From Vermamoeba vermiformis (lineage: Eukaryota), in the NCBI GenBank assembly GCA_045837725.1, contig JBEWZL010000163.1, positions 248,001-312,000 of the forward strand: DNA of 64,000 nt, given 5' to 3'. Below the pieces are notes generated by a model. It was given only the letters and a program-made list of their open reading frames with translations, was not told where the DNA came from and did no database searches. Of the stretch, positions 26,871 through 40,500 are shown one piece after another; within the stretch, counting starts at the first letter, position 1; each line of letters opens with the position of its first letter. Made by a program: the position numbers and the translations under genes.

Positions 26871-29800
26871 ATGGACTTTGATGACAATTTCAAGAAGACC
26901 CATCGAGCCCCAAAGGCCGGTCGAAAGGCGGACAAAAAGAAGGAGGCTAATCTCAAAAAGAAAGGGATTACGGGTGAAAAGAAGAAGCGGGTCTCTACCG
27001 CTGAATCTAATCCCAAGGTATTTATTGCCATTATTATTCGCATTTCATACGAACGACAGTTGGACACTTTTCAACCACCTCTTGGATCTGATCGTTTTCA
27101 TAATTTCAAAATATTAATAGCAGCATTTCTCCAACTTTATTTAAAATATTTAAATATGGGAGTAAAATATAGTGACATACCGTTAAAAAGAAATTAAACC
27201 TAGTTTCGAATCTCGATCGTGATCTAATTTTTGTTATTTTCTCTGTAGGCCTTCACAGTCAAATCCGCCCAACGAATGAACCGTAACAAGGTTAGATCAG
27301 CTGATTTGGAGCAGAAAAAATTCCACGTTCCTATGATCAACCGAGGTGGATCCGATGGAGAAAGAGACGTCCCACCGTATATTGTTGCTGTTCAAGGACC
27401 TCCTGGCGTAAGTAAAATAAATAAAATTACTAGCAGATAATTCTAACAATTTAAAAGGTGGGCAAAACTACAGTGATCAGATCGTTAATTAAACATTACA
27501 CAAGACAAAACATGACCGATGTCAAAGGTCCTATAACAATCATTTCTGGAAAAAAGAGAAGAGTTACCTTTATTGAAGTCCCAAATGACATTAACGGCAT
27601 GGTTGACGCAGCTAAAGTTGCCGATCTAGTTTTGTTGCTTATTGACGCTCATTTTGGCTTTGAAATGGTATGAATGATCTTGTGTCGAGTGAAGTAGCTA
27701 ATTATTTTCAGGAAACCTTCGAATTTTTGAACATTCTGCAAGTGCACGGTTTTCCTAAAGTATTGGGCATTTTGACGCACTTGGATCAATTCAAACAGAA
27801 AAAGGCACTGACTAAAACTAAGAAGAGATTAAAGCAACGTTTCTGGACCGAAATTTATCAAGGAGCAAAGCTGTTCTATCTCTCTGGCTTGATGCACGGC
27901 CGATATCCAAAGCGAGAAGTGCTTAACTTGGCGCGTTTTATCTCCATTCAAAAGTTCAGACCGCTCGTTTGGCGCAATTCACACCCTTACATCTTGGCAG
28001 ACAGAGTGGAAGACATCACTGATCCTGAAAAGATCCGCGTCAATAACAAAACAGATCGCAGAGTCTGCTTCTACGGCTATGTTCACGGTACTAACTTCCG
28101 ACCCAACGTCAAAGTGCACATTCCCGGCTGTGGTGATTTCAGAATCGACTCTTTGAGCGCATTGCCTGACCCGTGCCCAAGACCAGAAAAGCGTAAGCGT
28201 TAACGTACTACTAGTTACCAACAAGAGCCTAACAATTCGTGACAGGTCCCAAACAAAAGTTAAATGAAAAAGAAAAGTTGCTCTATGCGCCTATGTCTGA
28301 TATGGGCAATATCGAGTTTGACAAGGATGCTATTTACATCAAGCTGCCAACTAACCAAATCGCCTTTTCCGATATTGACGGCGTTGACACTACTCAAAAT
28401 GGCCCTGGTGAGAAGATGGTGCGCGACTTGCAGTCTACTTCTACTACTCTTGATGAGAAGCTTGCCCAATCAGAACTCCGTTTGTTCGCCGATTCAGCCC
28501 CAATCCAAGCTGGTGAAGTTGAGCAACAAAGCGCTCGCGTTCGTCGTCCCGCCGAGTTCAGAGGAGGTGAGTCAGGAGATGACAAGAAGAAGCTTGCATT
28601 TGCTGAAGGCTTGAGCGATGATGAAAATGACAGCGATGACGAAGAAAACGAAGACGTTGACGGAGATGAAAATGTTAATGAAGACGACGACGAAGACATG
28701 GACGACGATGAGGACGAAGACATCGAGGGCGACGATGAAAATGGCCAATATGAGCTCGAGGACAACAGCGACGTTGAGCAGGACGATGAAGACGGTGATG
28801 ACAACATGGAAGATGTCGATGAAGAAGACGACGACGAAGAGGGTATTGACTACAACAACAAGAACTTTAAGGCCACTGCTCAGGACAGCGATGACGATGA
28901 TAATGACGAAGACTTGATACAAGAACAAAGTGACGAAGATGACTTCCCTGTTCCCAAAGCAGACGACGATGAATACGCGGACGATGATGACGAAGACGAC
29001 GAAGGTGAAGACAATGATGATAGAGACGACGAAGAAGACGAAGAAGACGACGGTGCTGACTTTGGTGATGAAATGGATGAAGATGAGGCGGAAGAGGACG
29101 GCGAAGACGATGACGATGAAGAAGATATCGGTAAGACACTAGCATTGAATCACTTCGCCTTACTAACGTCACACAGACGGTTCTTTGCGTTGGAAAGCAA
29201 AACTTGCGGAAGCTGCCAAGCGAAGATACTTCAAGCCTGTCAACCTCATGAAACTTGTTTATAATATCAGCGATCAAACTCAACAAAAACAATTTAACTT
29301 GGATGATTACACCGAAAAGAATATGCAACAAAATGACGACAACGACATCTTCAAAGACGAGACTAGCGAAAATGAAGAAGGAGAAGACTTCTTCAAATTG
29401 AAAAAAGATGGTCGTAGTATCTTCGAAGATCCTGAGCAAAACCAAGAAGAGAGCAGTCGATTCGTTAGCAAGGCAGAGCTCAATTTTGATGATGATGAAG
29501 AGCTGCTTGCTTTGTTGAAGAGCCGATTTGTACCCAAGAACATGTTTGCCGGCGACGATGACGACGATGACCAGCTTTTCGGTGACTTTGAAGATCTTGA
29601 AAACGGCAAGTCTGTAAAAGCTGTCGAACCTGATGCCACTGAAGAAGAAAAAGAAGCATCGAAGAAAGAAGAACTTGCCAAGAAGAAAGAAAAACTCAAG
29701 AGCATGTTCAATGAGGAATACGATGAAACCAAGACCGGCGATCTTTTCTCGCAAGCCAAAGAAGAATTGGAGCGACAGCACAAGATCAATTTGAAGGAGT

Positions 29801-31127
29801 TCGAGAACTTGGACCCTGAAACTCGTTACCAATTGGAAGGCTTCAGACCCGGGTGCTACGTTCGAATTGAAATCAGTGAAATTCCGTATGAGCTCATTCA
29901 ACACTTCGACCCTCGCCGTCCCATCATCGTTGGTGGCTTGCTTCCTACTGAAGAAACCTTGGGATTGTTACAAGTTCGTGTCAAGCGCCACAGATGGCAC
30001 AAGAAGATTCTCAAGACCAACGATCCTTTGATCTTCTCAATGGGCTGGAGACGCTTCCAATCAATTCCTATTTACTCCATTCATGACCGCAACAATCGCA
30101 ATCGCATGCTCAAATACACGCCCGAACACATGCACTGCATTGCAACCTTCTACGGTCCCGTGACACCGCAAAACACTGGTCTCTTGGCTTATCAATCTTG
30201 CACCAACATTCAGGCCTCATGGCGTATCAGCGCTACTGGTGTTGTGTTGGAAATGAACCAAACATTCGAGATTGTCAAGAAGTTGAAGCTCACTGGATAC
30301 CCTTACAAGATCCTGAAGAATACTGCATTCATCAAAGACATGTTCAACAGTCGCCTTGAAGTTGCAAAGTTCTCTGGTGCCGCCATCCGAACAGTATCTG
30401 GTATTCGTGGTCAAATCAAGAAGGCTCAACGAGTAAGTTTGATGGCACTACCGTTGCCTCGTCTCCATTACTAACAATCGTGTAGACGCCCGAAGGTTCA
30501 TTCAGAGCAACATTCGAAGATAAGATTTTGATGAGCGGTAAGTTGTCACGAGCCCCAATCGAATGCAACTAACACCTATCAGACATTATTTTCTTGCGCA
30601 CGTGGTACCCTGTACAACCCAAGAAGTTGTTCAACCCCGTAACTTCACTGCTGCTACCGTACGGTCAGACATGGGCGGGTATGAAGACTGTCTATCAGTT
30701 GCGCAAGGAAAGACAGATGAAGATCCCCGTCAACAAAGACTCTCAATACACCGAAGTCGAGCGAACCGAAAGGAAGTTCAATCCCCTTCGTATCCCCAAA
30801 TCGCTACAAGCCAAGCTGCCGTTCGCTTCAGTTCCCAAAGACGAGAAAAAGCGAAAGACTCCTACTCTTGCTAGCCGCAGAGCTCGTGTTCTGGAACCAG
30901 AGGAAAAACAACGATTGGCTGTTCTCAATCAGTTGCGCACCTTCAAGAACGAAAAGGTCAATGCCAAGAAGGTGAAGACGAAGCAAAAGCTGGAAGACTA
31001 CAAGAAAAAGAAACAGAAAGAGCAAGAAGAAGCAGATGCACGAAAGAGACTCTCCAGAAAGAGGTTGTTCCGCATGGAAGGCATCATGAAAGAAAAGCAA
31101 GCACGCAAGAAGCAACGCACCTCTTAA
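26871..31127 (+). CDS. BMS1: Ribosome biogenesis GTPase BMS1, 8 exons
   Basis: [18 protein letters not shown]-loop, [73 protein letters not shown] and [12 protein letters not shown]. Confidence 0.97.
28612..29129 (+). repeat. Low-complexity acidic (D/E) tract within BMS1
   Basis: About 170 codons dominated by gac/gat/gaa/gag. Confidence 0.9.
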
Positions 31128-31591
31128 ATTGTAACTTCGAGCGATAAAAAATTTTCATAAACAAAACGGGTTTGGCTGTCAAAAATTTTCCAACAACAAC
31201 TTTTCGGTTGTGGCTCTCCACATCATTATTATTGTTGTTCCGTATTCAAAACACGGAGAGGTGGCGCTGTATAAGCCACGTATTCACGTCACTAAATGCT
31301 GCTCAAAGCAGATCGAATTATTAGACAGGCTAAAAGCCGCGACAACGTATGCGCAGAAAGAATAATTACAGGATAGGTCAAGGTAATTATAGTTGTATTT
31401 ATTACCTTGAGACTTACAGAAATGGTCCTCGAGGAAGATGCGATAAGCGAATTGTCGATAAATAATTATAATAATTTTTATTTGGCTCCTTATTCGTTCC
31501 AACACCACCTAATAATGTGCTGGGATCTATTTTACCCCTGTAAAAAAATTATGGTTGACGTAAAATATTTACAGCAGGCAATCTGTTATAA

Positions 31592-34500
31592 ATGGAAGAA
31601 ATTCAAAAACAACTCCGTATTCTTTTGCAAACCGAAGAGAGCACTGCCAAACGAACGCAATCGATTCAAGCTTTATTAGATCTGATTGCCAATCCAGATT
31701 ACGCCGATCTTCTTTTGCAAAACAACGAGAAGCTGCTCAATACAGTGAAGCAACTCTATAATGATAGGTAATTAGATAGTTGATAGACACAATTGGACTA
31801 TAAGCCTAACAATAAAAATAGGGTTGGCGTAGTGCGACAACAGATTGGCACCGTCGTTGGTCGCCTAGCAGCTATTGCCAAGCAAGATTACGGCAAATTT
31901 TTGCGATGGTTATTTCAAAGCATTTCAGCCACAAAGGGTGATCGCAAGGGGCTGTTTATTGGAACCCTCAGAGAGGTATGTGGTTCGATCTAGTTCTCTC
32001 AATCGGGCTCTAACAGTTGCTGTATTAGTTTTTGCAAGTTGCCGATGCTACATCCTTAACCAGCTTTGCGCAAATGGTCTCAATCAACGTTCAAGCAACA
32101 CTAGACGAGAATCAGAACTTCGACCTGTTGCCCTCGCTCATAGAACTCGTGTTATTCTTATCTGAAAAGTATCCCGATGCCTTTAAGCACCAGTTTTGTG
32201 ATGTTATGGACATCCTGATTGGATGGAGATTGGATCTGTCAATCCCCGATCAAATCGCGGTGTTAATAACGGATACATTCATGAAACTGCATTCGTACTG
32301 GGAGAAGAATCTACCGTTTGCCGTTGATATGATAAGCAAGTTGTTGCAAGATATGTTCAGATTGGTAGACAAGAGCGCGGCAATCGTTCAAAACAATACA
32401 AACCCAAACAAAAATATGGTTCCCAAACTTCCCTACGAAATGTTCAGCTTCTTAGCGTACGTTTATAACTGAAGTACTACCGTCGTGCTAACGATCCCTT
32501 TAGATGTGTGGTTGCAATTACCAAAGCTTTGGGCACTACGATAGTATCCAATCCTATTGGCAGTAACGCGTTGACCCGCTTCCTGGTGTGCTTAAAATCT
32601 GTGCAAGAGAGATATCAAGACCCCACATGGCTATTGCCTGGTAAGATAATGCACCATTTAACGGTTGAGCCGAGTTTAATTGTTATTTTAGCCAACCAAG
32701 CTGTGCTCGAAATTGCCGAATTGTTGGAGGAAAAGTTCAATCCTTTCCATTTGAAAGCGTTAGAATTCCTTCTTGTGCAATTAGCTTGCAACCCCTCGAC
32801 GTCGATTCTGAAAGAGATTCTCAAAATTCAGATCAAGCTGCTAAAATCAGAAAAAAATTGCTTGACACTCGGAGCCGTGCAGCGATTGTTGTCCGATGAA
32901 GTTTTGAAGTTGCGACTCAACACGCAATTTCAGATTACAGAGCTAATCGAAGCAGTATTCAGACTCATCATTAAGGCGTACAAAAGTCAAGACTCCGTGC
33001 AGTTAACGATCGATACATTGAGCGAAGAGAGTCAACAATTATACAAACAACTGAGCACTGCGAAACCACTTGCCGCCAACAACAAGGAAAAAACCTTATA
33101 TCAGCCGAAGCAAAGCGCAAGCACTGGCGACCCCTCGAAAGACGTAAAGTCAAAGCTCTCAGATGAAGACGCAGTTCGCCTATTAAGCTTCAACTTGGCT
33201 GTACTTGGCAGCATCACCATGCACAACTCAAAGCAGTTCGACACGATCTACGACATGATATTGACCAAGTACCATCCCATTGAAGATCCTGTTATCGTGA
33301 AATATCCTCAACTGCACTTGACTGCTGTGAAGACTTTCCTCGAGCTCAATATGACCAAGGGCCTGAACATCAACTCACCTCAGATCAAGGAAGTGCTCGT
33401 CGCCTTGCTTAAGCCCGAATGGCCGATGAAACTGCGGTTATTCATAATTGACTGGATTCAAGAACGATTCCACGTACTCGGTGCTTCAGATGATGCAATT
33501 GACATGACTCCAACGTCCAGCCTTAGTTTGACACAAATGCCAGACGAAGACGCGCCAGAAACTGCCGCTGCTGAAATGATGTCAAGTGATCTGTTATTTG
33601 GGTTACTCGACTTAGTGAACGACATGGAGAATGAAATTCGCTTGAAGATTGCCGAGTCATTGCAACAGCTTACCAAGCCCAACCTATCCATTCTCAATGC
33701 CGAGCAGCTAGACCTTGTGTTCGACGTCTGTCTTTGCAAGCTTGACGACATCAAACCGAGCATTGCCGCAGCTTATTTGAAGATCTTGGGTAACATCAGT
33801 CCCGCAAAGTTGATTACTGGCTCCTACGCTCACAACTCCCAACGATTTGTGACAAACCGCATTCCTAATGGCTTGCCAACAATGATCTCGTTGACCTTGG
33901 AAATGGATTGGAGACGTAAGCTTCAAGAGTTGCTTGGAGAAGGAAATGAGAGCTCGGGCAAGGATGTTTTTGCACGCGTTTTGGCACTTCTTGGCATGAA
34001 AGAAGGTGAAGATCCCATTCCGTCACTCCTTAAGAACTTCCAAACAGCTGCAGCGATGTGGGGTCCCGAGCCGCTGGGAGTATGGGGCAGAGGAGGACCC
34101 TTGGCACGAATGGTCGCTGTAACTTGGGCGTTAGAAGAAACAGCTCGCTATTGCATTAGCACAAAACTCCGAACTCCGCTTGGCAATCCCGCGCAAACAC
34201 TTGAGGGATTAGAACGAGTCGCTCTTGGCATGGCTGGTCTGAATGACTTGGCTTTGAAAGAAGCAATGACAAGCGTCATTCAAAACGTCAAGCACAACAC
34301 ATTGGAGTTGGTGTTCTCGAATATCGACAACGATGTCAAATTGCGAGGAACTCGTCTCATATCACTCAGAGCACTTCTCGACTTCATCAACACACTGGAG
34401 AAGCTCATGTACAACGCGTTCGAGGGCAGTATTAATCTACCGCCCATCAGTGTGCAACAAACTTCAATTTTCTTCCGAGGAAACAAGAAGACGTAAGTAC

Positions 34501-37500
34501 TCGTTTTTAATACAAAAAAACGGAAGTCAAGAAGGTGATATGCTTTAATATAGTCACACTCACCGATACTCACTTCCAATATTTCTTATTATTAACTTTG
34601 CCGTTATTTGCGTTAACATTTAATAGGTGCTTGCAATGGTTTACACGCATGCGCCAATCTGCTATGCTTACCAGCGTTGTCTGTAACTCGTACAGCGACG
34701 TGATCAAGTACGGCATGGAACGCGTTGTTATGCTCAGCAAGGAAATTCAAATGGCGAATATGAATCCCTCCAGTGTCAAGGATCCTAAGAAGCTCAAGAG
34801 AGTTGTCGAACACGACTTGATGTGCATTGCTCACGCGATGTATCAACTCCGTGAATTTGACGCTCTGGAAGGATTGTTCCATTGGTGCAGAACGCACTTT
34901 GCTCCTCGCAAGAAACCTGAGCCCAAAGTAGAAGAAGCGCCCGCTGAACCTACGACTACCGACAAGCCACAAGAGAAGGGCAAACAACAGAAGAACAACA
35001 ATGGTGGTCGAGGACGCAAGGACAAAAAACCTCAGCAACCTGTGGTACAAATCTTAGCGCCAAAGAAGAAGGAAGTTAACGACAGCATCAACGTCGATGT
35101 GTCGTGGATGAAAGCAACAGTAGCCCAAGCTAAGGGTCGTTATGAACGAGCCCTCGAAGAGTACAGAGCCATTATGTCACGCAATTACGGCGCCGTGATC
35201 GAAGGTCAAACGCACAACTTGAATGACAATACATCCACCGATCAGTTTGGCTTTTTGTTCCGACAAATAACTGACTGCTTCATCAAGATAACCGATTGGT
35301 ATGCAAATTAACTCCCTCGATGAAAGGAGTACTGACACTTTAATCTAGGGACCAAGCCTCGGAGTGGATTAACGACATGCGACAATTGGCTGCAAATCAG
35401 AAGTACCTCGGCGACATTGTGGAGAAAGAGGAAAGCAAACGCTACTTGGAAGCTTTGATGGACTTTGAACGAGGCAACCTTGGCATTTGTAACAGCAAGG
35501 TATGGTCACGCACGTACACTTTAACATGTTACTGATACTGTTCAAACAGATGCAACAAGTTTGGCAACAATTCGGCGGTGTATCTTACTCAGATTGGCCA
35601 GATCCATTGACGCGTTTGAAGAAGTCCGAAGAGCTGCTCTTGAATGTGATGGCTATGGACCCTCTAGGTCGTTACAACAAGCGCAAACCGGATCGTACAA
35701 TGATCAAAACCTGCATCACTCGCCTTCAAGTGTGCCGCTTGTTGCTGGAGACACCACTGCTGCTGGCTAGCTCTAACAGTCTGCAAGAGAGTGCCCCGTA
35801 CTTGATGCAGCTGCACTGCACTAACATCCTCGAGCAAGCTTTGCGAGCTGCAATGGTTGGTTCAGAGAACGCGAAATCAATGGAGACAATGATTCCCGTT
35901 ACCTCTTTGTCTCCCTACTCGCACGATATCGGTGCATGGATGAAGGTTGCACGTGTCCAAAAGTACATCAACGACGAAGTAGACGTCGATTCGATGGTTC
36001 GTCTTGTCAAACTGTCTCGCAAGCAAGCCAACTTCAAGCTCGCAACAAGACTGTTGGAATCCATCAAACCCACTGATAATGAGTCCGAACTTGTTCTACG
36101 ATTCGAGAGATCAAAGCTTCTACGAGCTCAAAACACGGCTAATGAAGCTGTTTTGCAGCTCTGGGACGTTATTTCAGACATCAAGAAGCAGAACGTCAAA
36201 GCTCCGAAGCCAATGCTCAAGCTTGCGAAGTGGTTCCAGTACGACAAGGAAAATCTTGACTTTGGTTTGTTGAAGGCAAAAATTACTGAACTTGACACTG
36301 CGACGTTGTCGAAAGGCACCAAGCAGATTCCGAAGTCACTCGACTCCGTGATCGAGAGCATGTACCAAGATGTCACAAAGCTAAACGACAACTCAATGGA
36401 AGCATGGATCAGATACGGCGATTGGTGCCACTACCAAGCGAACAAAGAGTTGAAGCACATCTCAGACAAAGGCCTCGAGCTGGCTGCCAGCGAGCAGAAC
36501 ACGTTGAAGGAACTCGTAGCCAAGTCATCCGGTGCAAGCGGAGAGGACTTGAACAATCTGATCAAGAATGTGCAAGACCAACTTATCAGCCGTGTCGGTG
36601 AAGGACACATTGATGATGAAGCACTCGAAGAAGATCAAGATGTGTCACTACGAAACCAAATCGCGAAGGAATTCGCTGCACTCTGTCTCGCCACTACTGC
36701 GCAGCTCACCGAAGAGTTCATTACATTCTGGTCACAGCTCAGAACTCGTGCTCTCGCTCCACTAGCACGAGCTGTTGTAGCCTATCAACGAGCTCTTCAG
36801 TTGTCCCCATCCGTTCCCACTGCTGCTGTCTTGTGCTCTGCGCTTAGATTGCTTCGTATAGTCACTCAATGGGGTCGAGACGTGCACCCCACTCCTCTTG
36901 TGGACACACCAACCTCGCCTTGGAGAGCTCTCACACCACAATTGACGGCAAGAATGCGAAATAATGATGTCGCTGCCTTGCTGTTGCGCATCGCAGGTGA
37001 TGCCCCTCAATTGGTAGCCTGGCTTGCTCTTGCTGGAACTCGCAAATCACAACGACCGCCGTTGTTAAATCAACTTGTGAATGATTTGTCGAAGGCTCAT
37101 CCAACACTCATCGACGAGATGCAAACTCTCATGACAGAGTTGACACGCATCACTTTGCTGTGGGAAGAGCACGTTGCAATGGTACTCCGTGAAGTTCAAG
37201 GTGATGTGAACAATCGAAGTCGCACACTTCGCGATGAAGTGAACCGCATTAACGAGAACGGCGCGCTGGCAGCTCAAGACAAGGTAAGTTAACACCATCC
37301 ATCTTAGGCCACTATTCTAAAGTTTCACCAGCTTAAACTTATCCAAGAGAAGTACAACACCATCATGAAGCCCGCCATTGTTAAGCTTGAGAGATTGATC
37401 CAGCACACTACTGTTGAGCCGAGTACGCCTCACGAAGTTTGGTTCCAAAAGACTTTCAATGAGAGCTTGAACAACGCTTTGCAATCCTTTAAAACGCCGC

Positions 37501-40500
37501 AAGATCCTGCCGATCCTCTAACAGCCTTCTCACCGTTCATCACGCTGCTCAAAGAACTTGTTCGCCAAGCCAGACCTTCAACTTTGGAGCTTAATGAGAT
37601 TAGTCCCAAGCTCGCCAAAATTGATTCTTCATCGATTTTGATGCCTGGTGTTCAAGACTTTGTCCAATCCGACGAGCCTGTTACGATCAATGCTTTCACA
37701 CCGAATGTCGTGGTGTTACCAACCAAAACTAGACCACGCAAGTTGGTTCTCGTTGGTTCGGATGGTCGCCAATACCCTTATCTCCTTAAGGGTCGCGAGG
37801 ACTTGCACTTGGACGAAAGAATGATGCAGTTCTTGACCGTAGTGAATATGCTACTCAAGAAGGACAAGCAGACTGCCGCACGTGGACTACGCGCTCGCAA
37901 CTACGCTGTGATTCCACTTAGTGACATGAGTGGTCTCATCCAGTGGGTCGAAGGTACTGCTCCTCTTTATCAAGTCTACACGCAGTTTGTCAAGCGCAAC
38001 AATGCCTACAACTCCTTGGTTGCGGCTGCTCAAAATCAGAACCAAGATAAGGAACAAGCTCCAAAGCCCGAACAAAGCAAGAACATTCGTCCGATCGACA
38101 TGTTCTACGCTAAAATCATTCCTGCGCTTAAGGCAAAGGGCATCAAATCCATGTCCCGTCACGACTGGCCGCTTGACATCCAAAAGAAGGTGTTCTTGGA
38201 GTTGGAGAAGGAAACACCGAGAGACTTGTTGGAAAAAGAGTTGTGGTGCGCATCAGAATCTACAGGTGAATGGTGGAAGAAGGTGCAGGCATACAGCCGC
38301 TCTGCTGCAGTCATGTCAATGGTGGGCTACGTCATTGGTCTCGGTGATCGTCATCTAGACAATATCTTGATCGACTACAAGACTGGTGAAGTCGTGCACA
38401 TTGATTACAACGTCTGCTTCGAAAAAGGTCTCAAATTGCGTGTTCCTGAGATCGTACCGTTCAGAATGACTCAGAATATGCAACGTGCTCTTGGTATCAC
38501 CGGAGTAGAGGGCTCGTTCAGAACAGCTTGCGAACAATCCCTTCGTGTGCTTCGTCGCAACAAGGAAACATTGTTGACTCTATTGGAGGCCTTTGTCTAC
38601 GATCCGCTTGTGGACTGGACCACCAACAAGGCAGCCTTTGAAGAGAAGATGATGGAGCTGAGTGTCACGCTGTCGTTGTTCTGCTCACGTGTCGATGAAA
38701 TGAAGACAATTACCAAGGAAGCACACGACAGTTTTGCAGGCAGATTCCCCTCGCTCGTTGGTGCTCTTACCTCCATGGAGAATACCCGCAAGAAACTAAT
38801 TGACATGAAGAAGGACACCACAGAAAAACATCAAAAGCTGACTGGTATAAAAGAAGCACTATCAAAGACCATCGCTTCCTTGTCCAAGGCCACGACATTC
38901 GACGGACGTATCGTGAAAGAGAAGCAATTGGCGGAAGAAAAAGACAATATGGAAAAGAAGATCACAGCCGCTGTAAAGCAGTTAGCTTCTACCCGTGAGG
39001 CACACTTCAGATCTCTCGCGCTCTTGAAAGAGCCTCTTGCTCTCATCAATGAAGTGAAACTCGCCTTGACTGTTCCTCGCACACTAGCGCAAGTCAGCAA
39101 CATAGATCTTCCGATGCGCGAGGACATTTTGCGTCGTTGTGGAGAAGTTGATCTCGAGATGTCTCGTTTGATTACTCATCGCGAGATGTTGGCCGTGCAA
39201 TGCATCGAATTGATGAACACTTACAAATCGATCACCTCTCAATTACCGACCTCGTACTTGGGCAACACTTCGCTCAGAGAATGGGAGACATTGTTGAATC
39301 AACTGATTGCTGAACCAACACCTGAGACTATGCACAAGATCGAGCAATATATGGACGAGGCCTCCTGGAAACAAGCTGCTGAACGCGATCGTGCCATTGA
39401 AAAGCAACTCTTCCAACAGGTCACAGCCCTTTCGCAGCAGTGGGTGACTGCTAGCTCGTTAGTTACCCCTGCCATTGCTAAGGCTGAGAAGTTCGATCTT
39501 CAAACCAAACAACTGCGTGATCAGTTGTTGATGATGACGTCATCTATCAATGCTCAAAGCGGTGGATGTAAGTTGAATGCTACTAATACTATTCCTCAAC
39601 TAACAATTTGAACAGCATCTGCTAGCCGCTTTGTCCAGGCCCTGTGCTTGATGCTCCTTACTGACGCATCGGAAAGAGTGAACGGAATGCAGTCACTCGA
39701 TGTCAGCACTCCTCCGCCCAACGCCTCAGGCTCGTGGTTGTGGAATATGTTGAGCGATCTACTCGACAAATCCACCTTCATTAGCGCACTCGTTCGTGAC
39801 AGCTGGGCCGATGATCCAATCAAAGCAGCGGAAATTCACGCGGACATCATCTTCTCGCTCGAAGAAACCATCGCACCCTCGGTCAACACGCTCTTGGCCA
39901 ACTTCACCAATCTGTTGTTGCCTCAATTGGTCACCATCGTGCAAACGAATGACCAAAGCATTCAAGACGTTGTTAAGAGTGTGGCACGCATGGCCGAGCA
40001 AGTTAAGAAATCTCCTTCGCAAGACGTGAGCAAGATCCAGCCTCACTCATTGGACGAGGAGACTTTTGGTTCTTTGGAGCCGAAAGACGAAGACGAAGAA
40101 GAAATTGTGTGGGATATGCCGACCAAGCCTGCCTCATCCAAAACTGGCGGCTCTTTCTTTGATCTTCCTGAAGGCAATGTGAAGCAAGAGTACGACGCAT
40201 TGGTTCGCTCTGTGCCCGGAGCTCAATTGAATGCCGGCAAGTTGCTTGTCTCTACCTTCGATGCTTTGTTCCAGAGTCTTGAAAAGCAACACTTTGAATT
40301 GTGGGACAACTGCAATGAAGAGTTGACTGAGTTCAGTGTGCAGCAGCCGTTAGAGTCCGTGTTCTTCGATCAAAAGATTATGGTACGTAAATCAAAGTTG
40401 TCAATATCTATTATTAACATTGGTTAGACTATCAACTCCGTTCTCATGACTGCAACTGAATTGAATGGCGCGCCCTTGACTAGCACGCTGACCTCAAAGA

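Noticed and set aside
28612-29129. GAY/GAR-rich tract as a satellite or mobile element
   Set aside because: It is in-frame acidic coding sequence in the variable middle region typical of BMS1.
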